DNA of 64,000 nucleotides from Octopus vulgaris. Its lineage: Eukaryota. The translations under genes and the position numbers were made by a program. The notes under the pieces are model-generated. The model was given only the letters and a program-made list of their open reading frames with translations. It ran no database searches and was not told where the DNA came from. The stretch is from positions 85,312,001 through 85,376,000 of the forward strand of contig OX597821.1 of the NCBI GenBank assembly GCA_951406725.2, given 5' to 3'. Positions 13,837-26,585 of the stretch are shown here, in pieces; position 1 is the stretch's first letter; each line of letters begins with the position of its first letter.

Positions 13837-15621
13837 TGTTAAGTTCTTCCTGCTTTCGTGATGTAAGTTGTTGTTTAACCCCAGGATTATTCTGCATCCA
13901 GCAGACAGACTGATGGTGAGAAGCATTCCATTTGAGACCAGATGTTTTTTACTCCAGATTAATTATTCCTGAAATTACATTATCCAATACCTTTTCTTTT
14001 TTTCTTAACAACGAAGTGGAATTTCAGAGATTTTGCTACTATTTCTAGCAAGTTGAGCATCCACTTAGAGGCTCTTTTAGTCTGGGTTGTAGGCCTCACA
14101 TTATCACTCACTTTAACACTTCCACCAGGTCCATGGATGCTTTTTGCAGTTCACTTGCCTTAAAAATTTTCTCTCCGCACCCTTGTTTTCCTACTCAGGC
14201 TTTGGTATTTATCATGTTTATTTATGCATAATATGCCCTTGTTTGAAGTACACATACAATTAATTCTTGTACCACTAATTATGGGCTTTGAAATTATGGG
14301 AAAAAAATCTCTCTTTCCTGCAATAATACCCACTTTTTTTTTTTTTATGTAGTAATATGATGTATAGAAATGTTTTATCATTTTCATCATTTAACATCCA
14401 TTTTCCATGCTGGCATGTGTTGGCTGGTCTGACAGGACCTGATGATGTGTCTCAAGGATTGCATTGAGTTCCAGTGTCTGCTTTGGCATAGTTCTCATGG
14501 CTGGATACCCTTCCTAATGCCAACCACTTTACTGCATGGGCTGGGTGATTTTTTTCATGCCACCTGCACTATTCAGGTTGCTTTGCAGTTTGCAAGGCTA
14601 TAAACTCCGGGGTAGGTGGGAGTACAGAATGAGAGGTGCTTCATGCTAGGGGATGAGGGAAAGTACTGTGAGTGTTTGGGGCATTGCATGTTCTCGCAGA
14701 GGGATCTGCATGGATTCTTACATCTTGTTGGGGTGAGAAAAAGAGAAAATGATCAGTAGAAGCTTCAAAACATAGATAACGACAATGTGTCCAAGGTGGC
14801 CCCACAAGGCACCAGCTGAGTAGAAGTTTATGGGTGGTTTGTGAGATTGTACGAGAAGGTGAAGGCAGACTGGCCAAAATGGGTAGGTTGAAGGTTGAAT
14901 GAGGCAAGAGCCATGAGCTGGGAAGACAGGAATGCTGAAGAATTTGTGGGTGGGGACAAGCAGTAGGAGTAGATAGATGATACAGTTGGTGAAGGATGGA
15001 AAAGAAGGGAGAGGGAAAATACAGGCATAGTGCATGAGGGTGGGGGAGTCACTGAAACAGGTGGAAAACCCAAAGTTTAGCATTTCCAGAACTCAGTTTT
15101 GCTGAGGCGAGCAAGTCTTTTTGAGAACCTCATATCGCCAGAGATCCTGGTCCTTAGATATTTTATAATCGTTGTCTAGAAAACGTTACAAAAGTTCAAC
15201 CATCTTCATGAAAACCAAAAGCAAATTTGGAAATGACTCATGAACTCTGTTGGTTAATATAACATTTTAACTTTATTGGCAAACGGTTGGAATTATTATT
15301 TACTTTCAATCTTCAATATAGAAAGCTTTAAAAAACATTTTACAGAATGTAAACACTTTCATTATTGAATTCTTCCATTTAAATACTTTTATTATGGAAT
15401 GCTTTTCTTTCAATAGAAATGTATACTGTAATGGCTCATTAGAATAACCATAGTATTTTAGAAACAAGAATATTTATTTTCATAAAGAATCAATAAGGAT
15501 AATACATCTATATTGTCGTTATCAATTTAATTTTTGCATTAAAGCGGGATTTGGAGTAATGAAATTTACATTCTTAGTTAAAGTAAAAAAAGTATTTCAT
15601 TTTATGTTAACGTTCAAATAA

Positions 15622-15660
<39 letters not shown>

Positions 15661-17284
15661 CTCTGATGAATGTATTACATTCAATCTTTCTGTATGAAAG
15701 ATTGATTGCAGCAGTCTCATGGTATCTATGGTTGTGAGTTGCACCAAACAGTATATTATTGCTATCATAACTATTACTATTTTTGTTAATTCACATCTGG
15801 TCTTGCCACTCCAACTATGGTTGCACACTTCACTGGAGTGGAGTTGACTAAAATTTAGTTCTCATGTGAACTGTGCACCCCTAATATTGGCTTCCAATTT
15901 TGGCACAATGCCAGCAATTTTGGGGCAGGGGCCAGTATTTACATTGATCCCAGGCACTCAACTGGTACTTATTTTATCAGCCCTAAAAGGTTGAAGGACC
16001 AAGTCAACCCTGGTGGTATTTGAGTGCATCCCTGATATTGAGGTTTAGAAATCTGGGAAAACATGGTGAGTATACATGAATCTTGCCCTCGTTTCACTTG
16101 TAAGAAATGCATTCAGTGAATGATACACTCCAACAGTTTGTGTGTAATTTTTCTAATTTGCAGAGCTATCCTACCTACATATAAGAGAAATAGTTGTAAT
16201 ATAATTTATAAAAAAATAAAGAAAAATCCATGGGACATACTTTACCACCTTGTTATTTATGTTGTTTTTTCTCTACATCATTTAAGTTCTTTATTGATAA
16301 TGTATTCTAGTATGTTGGAATTAGATAATAAGTCTCTAAAATGATGTTTGCTAGAGTTCTGTAAAAGTAGATAGTTGGTGTAGGTGATGGCAGAAACGAT
16401 TTAAAACAGCTGCCTATGATAAAAATCTATTGCTGACTGATTGATTGATTAACTGAAACAATATATGGTGTTTGCATCTGAAATGTGTTACTGGCAAGTC
16501 TGGATAAAATTATAGCAGGAGTGTACAGGAAGCTAAATGATTGGCTGGACTCTGATAGAAATACGAACATTAACCCATGAACTGTGCAAGGCCAGTATAC
16601 TGTCCAGTCAATGACCTTTTCCAATGCCCCAAATTGCATTTGCTGTTTCATGTGCAAGGGGTAAACTTTGACCTAACAACAGTGTTGGCCAATCGAAGGA
16701 CAGGATACAGAATACCGCCATATTTTTTCCTAAAAGATCTAGCTTGATTGGAGAAAAGGAGGCCCAGACAAAAGATGAAGACAGACTCCCAGATCAGTTG
16801 AATGTGGCATGCATCCTTTAGATTGTTTACATCGCTGTTTCACTGTCTGTTCACTACAATCCTCCTCTGCTATTTCAGTAAATATGCAATATTTTTACCA
16901 TGTTCTGATGCTGGAAAGAATGGATCCCAACACATGCTGTTGCTATGGTTTCTGAGTTGTATGGTGACAAAATGGGCAGTGAGGTCAATTAGAACTTTGG
17001 CTCTGATAGTGGCAGTGAAGCTTCTATGGATGAGCCCAAGTCAGCAGATCTAGAGTCTAGCAGCAACACTGCTGATAACTCTGATTGGGAGATCTGGGTG
17101 AATGTGGCAGGGGCAGTCTGTGGATGAGAGTGAATAATAATCACAATGAAGTTGTGAAGCATTGATTTTGAGCTGACCACAAAATCTTTGCTTAATGTAA
17201 ATGACTGGACACCACTCAAAGACTTTGTAAATCTGTGCCTGGCATACTAACGATTCACCCAGCTTGCCACCTTTTTATTAATGT

Positions 17285-17492
17285 TGGTTTCAAATTTTGA
17301 CACAGGGCCAGCATGTTTGGGAGAGGAGGTAAATCAATTTACATCAACCCCAGTACTTAACTGGTTCTTATTTTATCAACCCCGAAAGGATGAAAGGCAA
17401 AGCTGATCTCGGCAGAATTTGAACTCGGAATGTAATGATGGACAAAATGTCACTTAACAGTTTACCCTGTTTGCTGACAATTCTGCCAGCTC
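17285..17492 (-). mobile_element. SINE family B variant (alternative tail ggcctgtgtcaaaatttgaaacc)
   Basis: Central domain ccccgaaaggatgaaaggcaaag; related diverged copies near 4380-4570, 15890-16025, 18085-18290 and 59445-59675. Confidence 0.75.
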
Positions 17493-18684
17493 ACTGTTCT
17501 TTTTTTTGTCCTTCTTTAGTTTCACCAAACTTGCTCCCACCATCCTTATCCCATCGCCGTAGGGCTTTTGCAGAGAGAAAAAAGGGTGAGGAGGAAGAGC
17601 TGGATCGAAAAGAAACCAGCCAATGGCGTGAGTTTGTTTAGGGTGGAGATCTCCTTGCCAAGGGGGTTTCCATGCACTACCACCCAAAATGTTACAGCAG
17701 CACTACCTAGAGTAGCATGTGATATCTGGAAGATGGGTTGCAATGAAATGCCGCTAGCCTCCAATGTCATTAGAGTTGCACCTTTCTAGCAAGTCTGGCT
17801 TTGCTCTCTTCTGCTAGGATCAATCATTGAGTTTGGAGATCTAGCTTCCTCCATTTGATCCACTGTTGGGTCTTAGTTTGGTGTGGTGAGGAACAAGGAC
17901 AGCACTTCTGTGCCCTTGTTTGAACAGATCATGTTTTTAGTTCTGATGGGTGCCCTCATGCCCTCCTCCAAGATCCAGTAAACTGGTTTAGTTGTCAACA
18001 ACCTGACCATGGCTGGAAGGAGTGGGAGTACAAGGTTATCCACCTCAGCACCTAGCCTTCTTATTAATACTAACATTATTAAGACGGTGTATTGGCAGAA
18101 TTGCTAGGACATTGGAAAAAATGCTGAGCTGCATTTGTTCTTGCTCTTTACAATCTGAGTTCAAATCCTGGTGCGATCAATTTTGCCTTTTAGCCTTTTA
18201 GGATTGATAACATAAAGCACCAGTCAAGTGATGGTAGTGACTAAAACCTTTCCATTGAAACTGTTGACCTTGTGCCTAAATTAGAAACCACTATTAGCCT
18301 TGCTATATCACCTTAGACTAGGTCTTTGGATTTACTTACACCATATTCCACACATTAACACTGCTTTACTCTTCTTCAAGGACTTCTCAAAACTGCAGTT
18401 GTATGTCTTATGAAAGGGCTGGGTATCTTAAAATACGAAGACTTTGCAAGTGAAAAGTGTCAAATAAACTAACTTAATATATCACTGTGGAGATAAATTA
18501 AATTATAACTAGAAATAACGAACACTAAAGAATGCAGAGGAAAATTATTTAGAGAGGTTGTTAATTAGGAATGCTGTCGCAATTAATAGCAATTTAATCT
18601 GAACATAGAATAGCAATGTTTTTATTAATGTGTGTGCTGTTTTACACTCATTTCTTCCTGTTAACACGAACTGGATGGATTATA

Positions 18685-19470
18685 TCATCATCATCATCGT
18701 TTAATGTCCGTTCTCCATGCTAGCATGGGTTGGACGATTCGACCGGGGATCTGGGAAGCCAGAAGGCTGCACCAGGCTCCAGTCTGATCTGGCAGTGTTT
18801 CTACAGCTGGATGCCCTTCCTAACACCAACCACTCCAAGAGTGTAGTGGGTGCTTTTTACATGCCACCTGCACAGGTGCCAGGCGAGGCTGGCAACGGCC
18901 ACGATCGGATTGGTGCATTTTATGTGCCACCGGCACAGAAGCCAGTCAAGGTGGCACTGGCATCGGCCACAATTCAGATGGTGCTTTTTACGTGCCACCG
19001 GCACGGAAGCCAGTTGAGGCCACGCTGGCATCGGCCACGATTCAGATAGCGCTTTTTACGTGCCACCGGCACGCTAGCCAGTCTAGGTGGCGCTGGCATC
19101 GGCCACCTTCAGATGGTGCTGTTTATGTGCCACCGGCTCAGGGATCACAACTGCAGTTTCCATTGATTTTGATGTCGGTGTACTTGACTCAATGGATCTC
19201 CTCAAGCACAGGGTCGAAATGGTGTTTCTTCACTTGCCACCTGCACAGGAGTCAGTCCAGCGGTCCTGGCAACTGCCAGGTGCCAGTCATAGGATTGGTT
19301 CAATTTTGATTTCGATTTCACTTGCCCCAACAGGTCTTCGCAAGCAGAGTTTAGTGTCCAATGAAGGGAGGTTGGCATGGGTGCCTGTCGTCGGATGAGG
19401 GTCGATTTCGACTTCACTTGCCTCAACAGGTCTTTGTGTGTCCAAGGGAGGAAAGACATGCATAAGTGGG
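18685..19470 (-). mobile_element. 5'-truncated RTE-clade LINE (3' UTR with tandem hairpin repeats)
   Basis: Reverse complement of the 3' UTR at 21780-22399; begins with (cat)n. Confidence 0.85.
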
Positions 19471-19674
19471 TTGTCCGAGCTATAGAATATAGAATTGAAT
19501 GCTTTACACACTGCTAACTATTGAAACAAACAGCGGATTGCACCTGTTCTCTGTTAGATCAAGACAAACAATTAAGTGATTTTATGTACTCTGCCGAAGG
19601 ACAGAATACACTTGTAAAAGTGTATTCTACATAGATTTTATTTAAAATATTTAGTATCTTATGTTTTATTTTTT

Positions 19675-20005
19675 TACTTGTTTCACTCATTGGACTGTGG
19701 CCATGCTGGGGCACTGCTTTGAAGGGTTTGTTCAAATGAATCAACCCCAGTACTTATATTTTTAAGACTAGTAGTTACTCTAGTGGGGGAAGTAAACAAA
19801 CTAACACCAGTTGTCAAGCAGTGGTTGGGGAACAAATACAATACACACTCACACAAGCTTCCTCACAGTTTCTGTCTACTAAATTCACTCACAAGGCATA
19901 GGCTAGCATGGAACAAGATACTTGCTCAAGGTGCTGTACAGTGGGATTGAACCCAAAACTATTTGGTTGCAAAGTGAACTTCTTAACCACACAGCCATGT
20001 CTGCA
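19675..20005 (-). mobile_element. Diverged SINE family A
   Basis: Recognisable head (cacagcca) and tail (ggccatgctgg). Confidence 0.7.
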
Positions 20006-20778
20006 CTTAAAAATGTGTTTGTTGGATTTTAGATGAACTAATTTTGAAATTTTTAATTATGAAATTTAACAGTTTTGGCTTAGAAGACCTATAATCAACA
20101 ATATTCCAGCCATGACCTTCTGTCATTTTTTTAGGTGGTTATAATGTATCTAAGACTATCCAATGTATCTGCTTTCTTTTCAAGACAATTGGTATGATTT
20201 CAGGAAGATTTGACTGCTATTTCTTGTAGGTTAAGTAACTGTATAGAAGCTTACCTTATTAGCTCAAATAAAATGAACTCAAACACAGTACTATATAAAC
20301 TCTTTTTACCTTTATATTTTGTCATAGTTTAAGGAGTTCAATTGCTATAGTCAGTGTTTCCTTTTGTTATCCTTATCAAAGTTTGAAATATAAAAGTGCT
20401 GTTGTTAGATTTTCAGTTAAGCTGGTCATGTGTTCATTATAATGCTGACTTCTGACACAATTAATTTGCTCAGTTAAAAAATAGTTCCACAATATATCAA
20501 GAGAACTTCAGTCTTTGACATAAACATAAACAGGAATGTTTTTGCTACATTAGATCAGTCTTGTGAAGTTTTTACTTAAGTACCAAATTTTCTGACAGTA
20601 ATATTTGGTCTCATTGCTTCTCAGGGTAACCAAATACAGTCCCCTATCATATCTGCAATGGTATACCCCTCTCATATCATTGCTGTCTTGATTTAACATT
20701 TCTACAGTGACTTTGCTGTACCAAAATGGCAAACTCCACCCTACACTAAGATTTATTCATAGCTTCCATCTTTGCACC

Positions 20779-21336
20779 TGTAGTGATCCTATACAACGGC
20801 TCGCGCACCGTCAATTTGTATTTTGCGCGTGCGGGGGTTGGTGCTTTCACCACCGGAAGAAGAACCCTTTTGCCTACGTAGCAGTTAGCCGAGGCAAGGG
20901 GATCGTAAGACGTTGACCACCAGCGTCCAGCAAGCAGCGACTTGAGATATGTCTATCGAAGGCAACGGTCACGTATATTTTCTCTCTGTCCGAATTTGAT
21001 TCTAGCAGCAGTCGGCCGAAAGCTTTTAACTAAATTGTTGCCGACCACATCATCTTCCCTGTTCCGGATGCCATCTTTAACCCGTTCTGTTTTTAGCGGC
21101 TGAACATTGTAAATATTACAATCGATTAACTTTCAGCCTTGCGCGCCCAGAACCAAGGACATCAGATATACCACTGATCTCTCACCATAAGAGAATAAAG
21201 TAGTTATATATATTTTACGTTTGCGTCTTGTTGTTTCTGACTGGTAGAGAATTTGGATTTTAAAGCAACGGATAGTGATTGCTTCTCGCACCCCCAAAAG
21301 GTCCAGAGAAGATATTCACACACTAAGTTCGTTACA
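20779..21336 (+). mobile_element. Solo LTR (Ty3/Gypsy-type), 558 bp
   Basis: TGTAGTGA...TCGTTACA termini, 4-bp TSD CACC at 20775-20778 and 21337-21340, internal AATAAA at 21194, CpG-rich relative to flanks. Confidence 0.85.
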
Positions 21337-21513
21337 CACCTAACTTCTTCCTAACTGAAAACAGTGCAGCTCTTTCTATAACTGCCAACCCACTTCTCAC
21401 TAATCTCTAAACTTTAACAATTCAAAATTAATTCACAATAAATTTACTGTCACCTTTCTAGAGTGTTCTTCAATGGCTATGGAGCTTGAATCATCCTTGA
21501 TTCCTTTCTTCAA

Positions 21514-21546
21514 ACCATCTTTATCAACATCAGCCAGTTTCCAAAC
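21514..21546 (+). promoter_or_regulatory. Intronic exon-complementary sequence (candidate ADAR ECS) pairing with 23504-23536
   Basis: accatctttatcaacatcagccagtttccaaac is the exact reverse complement of gtttggaaactggctgatgttgataaagatggt (33/33). The match is observed; the function is inferred. Confidence 0.65.
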
Positions 21547-21611
21547 ATAAGAATAACAACTGATTGCTTCACAAAACTACTGCCTTACATCTAATTATGA
21601 GATGATGCTCC

Positions 21612-22399
21612 ATCACCCTAGCGGTTGAGGGAACCTGTGGAAGAGGCAGACCCAGGAAAACTTGGGACGAGGTGGTGAAGCACGACTTTCGAACTTTAGG
21701 TCTCACTGAGGAAATGACTAGAGACCGAGACCTCTGGAAGTATGCTGTGCATGAGAAGACCCAGCAGGACAAGTGAGACCATAACCCGTGGCCTTCTACA
21801 CGGGATGTAGCCAGCCCACTTATGCATACCTTCCCTTCTTGGGACACAAAACTCTACTTGTGAAGACCTGTTGAGGCAAGTGAGAATCAGAATCGAAATC
21901 GATCAATGGAAATTGCAGCTGAGTTACCAGTGCCGGTGGCACGTAAGAGAACCATCCGAACATGGCCGTTGCCAGCACCGCCCCGACTGGCCTCGTGTCG
22001 GTGGCACGTAAAAAGCACCATCCGTTCGTGGCCGTTGCCAGCGCCGCCCCGACTGGCCTCGTGCCAGTGGCACGTAAAAAGCACCATCCGTTCGTGGCCA
22101 TTGCCAGCCTCACCTGGCCCCCGTGCCGGTGGCATGCAAAAAGCATCATCCGTTCGTGGCCATTGCCAGCCTCGCCTGGCCACCAAAGCACCATCCGATC
22201 GTGGCCGTTTGCCAGACTTGTCTGGCACGTAAAAAGCACCCACTACACTCATGGAGTGGTTAGCGTTAGGAAGGGCATCCAGCCCTAGAAACATTGCCAG
22301 ATCAAACTGGGCCTGGTGCAGCCTTCTGGCTTCCCAGACCCCAGTTGAACCGTCCAACCCATGCTAGCATGGAAAGCGGACGCTAAACGATGATGATGA
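21612..22399 (+). mobile_element. 5'-truncated RTE-clade LINE: ORF C-terminus plus 3' UTR
   Basis: Encodes ...VEGTCGRGRPRKTWDEVVKHDFRTLGLTEEMTRDRDLWKYAV...*, the typical RTE RGRPRKTW/DR..W end; terminates in cgctaaac(gat)n. Confidence 0.9.
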
Positions 22400-22954
22400 A
22401 CGATATCCCTATAATGTTGAAAGACTTGACCAGATTGAAGGCTCAGTAGCTTTTGTTCTATAAACTTTTTAATGCCCACAATTTTTCTTTAAATTTTGCA
22501 CACAAAATATTGACATTTTTGAAGAGTCCTCTCTATGACTGCTAACTGTGGACACAAGTCTATGACATTGTTGATGACAAGATGTGGCATAAGGGTTGAC
22601 TAACTCACTGCAATGACATTGTTGATAGTAGATCATATATAAAAGGACTGACTAGAGCTACAGGACTTTGACAAATCATTCTTGATGGAAGATGCATTTA
22701 TTTACTGAAAAATTAGTAAGATATTCTTAATGATAGATTTCATTAACCAATAAGCTAGTGGACATTGTTTTACTCCAGGGTCTTACAGTTCAGTCTCTCT
22801 GTTACCTGTCATCTTGTTGGAGCTAACATAAGTAGCAGTAATATATTGAGACCACTTCTATCATTCATATTCCTTTGTTTATAACATCTAACTTTTGTGA
22901 GTAATCAAAAAATATTTATTTAAATGAACTAACAGTGTAATATTTCTCTTACAG

Positions 22955-23650
22955 GTCCATGCTTATATAATCAGCCAGCTTAAGAAGGAAATGCCAGCTA
23001 TGTTCGGGAAAGATTCTAAAAAGAAAGAACTTATCAACCGACTATCAACAATTTATGAGCACCTTCAAAGAGAGCACCAGATTTCTCCTGGAGACTTCCC
23101 AAACCTCAAGAGAATGCAAGACCAACTACAGCATCATGATTTCAACAAATTTCATCCTTTGAAACCAAAGCTTTTGGAAACTGTTGACAATATGTTAGCA
23201 GAAGACATAGCTAAACTGATGCGAATCATTCCTCTGGAAGACACCCTCGCTAAATTGAATGACTCAGAAAGCAATACTGTCAAAGGGGGAGCATTTGAAG
23301 GTTACAATGAAAGTCCATTTGGTTTTGGTTGTGGTGAAGGAATTGATGAGGGTCGTGGGGAGTTAGAATGGGTTGTTAGTAATGAGCGTTGCGATTACGA
23401 CAAAGTATTTGACACTCTAAGTCCTATTGATGGCAAAATCACTGGTAGCAACGCCAAGAAAGAAATGGTGAAATCCAAGTTACCAAACTCTGTCTTGGGT
23501 AAAGTTTGGAAACTGGCTGATGTTGATAAAGATGGTATGCTTGATGCTGATGAATGGGCCTTGGCAAATCATTTAATGAAAATTAAACTTCAGGGTCATG
23601 ACCTTCCTTCGGACTTGCCTGAGCATTTGATTCCACCATCAAAACGATAG
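22955..23650 (+). CDS. EHD1: EH domain-containing protein, terminal coding exon (helical domain, linker, C-terminal EH domain)
   Basis: Acceptor tttctcttacAG ending at 22954. Joins the previous exon in frame (RARLAK|VHAYIISQLKKEMPAMFGKD). Contains an SPF linker motif (GPF in other EHDs) and the EH domain KSKLPNSVLGKVWKLADVDKDGMLDADEWALANHL, ending PEHLIPPSKR* with TAG at 23648-23650. Confidence 0.97.
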   Translation, partial: VHAYIISQLKKEMPAMFGKDSKKKELINRLSTIYEHLQREHQISPGDFPNLKRMQDQLQHHDFNKFHPLKPKLLETVDNMLAEDIAKLMRIIPLEDTLAKLNDSESNTVKGGAFEGYNESPFGFGCGEGIDEGRGELEWVVSNERCDYDKVFDTLSPIDGKITGSNAKKEMVKSKLPNSVLGKVWKLADVDKDGMLDADEWALANHLMKIKLQGHDLPSDLPEHLIPPSKR

Positions 23651-23814
23651 TTAATTTATATGCTCTAACACTGGGGCAATTATTCCTTATTTCTCCCCCA
23701 CATCCCCAGTCTCTCTCTCTGGGTTCTTTAATGAGGAGGAGCCGTAGGTCCAGGGAAAGTGTAGGTGGAGTGTTTGTTGACAAATGTCATTCTGAGCTGT
23801 TGTTAAAGTGTCTT

Positions 23815-23820
23815 AATAAA
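23815..23820 (+). promoter_or_regulatory. Possible proximal polyadenylation signal of EHD
   Basis: First AATAAA after the stop codon. The motif is frequent by chance in AT-rich DNA. Confidence 0.25.
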
Positions 23821-24509
23821 GAATCGTTGGAGAAAGGGAGACCAAGAAGAAAACAATATTTTTGTTGGCTCAGAGAAAGCAAAGTACCAAGTATTAAAAA
23901 GGAAGAAAATACAATGAACAAAAAGTGGGAGCAAAAGTTGTTAACCCATTTGGGGTGGATTTATTATAACAAATTTAAGTATATCGTTTGTGAAGGGATG
24001 AGAAAAAAATTAAAAATTGTATATTGAAATTCATTTTTCTCACTGTTTTTATGTGTCCATATATCTTCATCAAGTATGAATATGTTGTGGGGAGAGATAC
24101 ATGTGGATGTTTGTTTTTTTTTTTTCTTCTCTCTTATCAAAGAAATCAGTATTATTTCTAAATTACAGCTAGTCTTTCTGTGATGTAACACTAACAGAAT
24201 ACTTATTGGTTGATCTCTTCTAGAATAGTATTTGGTATATCATCAGTTGTTTATGGTTTGGTTGCTCACTGAATCAGGAATATATTGAAGAATTTGTTTA
24301 AAATTGAAGTTATAAAAATATTTTCAAAAGTACTATATTATTTTTATTATTATTATTATGTTGTGTTAAGAGGTGCAATGGATCTTATTATATACTTTCA
24401 CTCGTTTTCATCAAAACACTTAACTCCTCCTGATCGAGCAATTCTATGTGTACTTACACACATTCTCTCTTCCTCTCTCTCTCTGAGAAAGAGAGAAAAA
24501 ATACGAATT

Positions 24510-25100
24510 ACACTCCAGGCGTCATCTTTTTTCCTCATCAAACCCTTCAGTCAAATTTTCATCAATGGAAACCTTTAATCATGCAACAATATGCACCAAT
24601 TCTATGAAGGACAACTGCTCTGGTGTCACTAACTACTGTCCAATCACTTTCGTTTTTTATTATCTCAAATTAATGGTATTAAGTTACAGATAGCCAGCTC
24701 TTTTATTATTTTGAGTTTACTTTCTCAGTGACCACCACTGCTGTTTTCTCAGAGCCAAATCTATTGAGAGCTGCTCTCCTATGTCTTGCAGCAGCTGTTG
24801 CTTTCAATATTGTTACTCTTGACTTCAAAAAAATTCTTCAACTACGTCTGACATGTGAACTGCTAAGCTGTGTAACGCCTGGACATTTCATCACAGCATA
24901 CAGCAATAGGACTCTATTAATTTTGGTGAAACTTAAGGTTTTGTTACATCTTTCACACTTTCCATTCCTCTTTCACTTTCTGCATACAAGTATCATACAC
25001 ATGTAACCTGAATACTTCATGCCAGAATTCCATGAACAGAGGCCTTGACAACTCTATGCAATGGAAACATAACAGCCTTGACTCCTTTAGCAGCACAAAC
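24510..25100 (+). pseudogene. Highly decayed non-LTR retrotransposon RT remnant
   Basis: aactactgtccaatcactt reads NYCPIT (NYRPIS-like), preceded by a caatggaaa (WK) motif. No open frame. Confidence 0.3.
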
Positions 25101-26585
25101 ACACATTCACTACACATATCAGGTGTAGCATTCTCTCTCCCATAACACAAAGCCCTCTAAGTCACGACAAATGTTAAGCCTCAAGATCTCTGGTTTTATT
25201 TAGCCTCATGCCAACCCTGAACTTTCATCGAGCAGACTTATGATCAAAGGCACCACGTCTCATCTTTTTCTCCATGCTTAAATGTATCTAAGACTACATT
25301 ATCCAATGTCATTTGTTTTTTTTTTTAAAGTGCCGGGGTGTGATTTGATAGAGATAAGACTGCTATATCAAGCTGGCCAAACAACAGAGAACCTATTAAG
25401 CCAAATACCTCTTCATCTATTTGATTAGGGCAAATAGACTAACAGAACAGTGTAGAAGGGAGGTTGATTGTTGAGATTAATTAGAGAGAGACAAATTTCT
25501 AGTAGGTGAAATGACCTTGCAGGGCTTCTTTGGATGTTTTTTGTGAACTTATAGTGTTGAATTCAATCAGTTGTTTGTTTCCCTCTATCTCACTTATTTA
25601 TAATAGTGTATCATGATAAAAACCTTAATCTCTGACTTAAATAACAATGGGCAATTGCGTTTATATTCATGAAATAGTTTTGTATGATAAAAGGCAATAT
25701 TCAGGTTATATAAATGAAAAAGGGAAAAAGAATTTGAGAAAGTAGAGCAGAATAATTTTGTTGTTTAGCCTTTTGATCAAGCCTTGATCAAGAAGGCTTA
25801 TAAATTCCAGCCATGACCATGCTACCATTTGAAATTTGATGTATGTGCATGCATAGGTTATATATTTTTACATTAGCCTTCCATCATGGCATGGGTTGAA
25901 CAGGTTGCCAAGATCCGAGATGGTTCCCACTTGCAATTACCGTATTCCTCAACAGTCAGAATACCATGTCTTGTTTGCATGTTTTGTTTTGAGAGTTTCT
26001 ATGGTTGTCTGCCCCTCATAACATCAACCACTTACAAAGTGGTTCAAGATGCATTTTATCATGGCACTAAAGGAGTTATCTCAACAAGATAAGATGAATA
26101 GTTCATTCCTCTGACCATTTTGTTGTATCTGCTCATTTGTTAATTACTTTGCAGAGTGTACTGGATGTATTTTACCATAGCACCAGCACTAGTGAGGTTG
26201 CTATGTACCCTGCAAGATAAAAGAGGGACAAAGAAGTCAGAGTATATGAAGAAGAAGACTATGAATGGAGTAACTTTTGAGTGAAAGGAGAAATGGGAGA
26301 GACTGTTGTAAGAAGTAATGGAAAAGAAGATACAAAGGCAGGGACTAATAAGAGAGACAATAGCGGCAGATGTTGATGGGAAAGACTTGACACAGGTTAC
26401 ATATATTTACTGGTGAGAGAGAAGATGAGTGACCCGGTAGATATTGTTGGTGGTAAGAGTGTGGTTAATGTCATTATCACATCACCTGGAGGAGAATAGA
26501 TGGGGACTGGGAATATAGAGAGTAATGGTAGCTGGTGAGATAGCAAGTGGTGAATAATTTTGGTGACAGACAATTGTGAGAGAGA

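Larger units (their letters stand above)
7100..22954 (+). other. GT-AG intron of the EHD gene (15,855 bp, filled with transposons)
   Basis: Phase-0 junction gives a continuous EHD sequence across the two exons. Confidence 0.92.

Noticed and set aside
17787-17800. 14-nt near-complement (one G-U pair) to the 3' end of exon 6663-7099
   Set aside because: A match of this length with wobble is plausible by chance between a 437-nt exon and a 16-kb intron, unlike the 33/33 match.
16430-18080. GC-richer stretch with several short ORFs, possible nested antisense gene
   Set aside because: No recognisable domain or consistent splice structure; more likely a very old LINE remnant that I cannot classify.
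21930-22240. CRISPR-like look of repeated palindromic units with spacers (also 18845-19140)
   Set aside because: The spacers are homologous to each other, the array lies in an RTE 3' UTR in a eukaryotic intron, and there are no cas genes.
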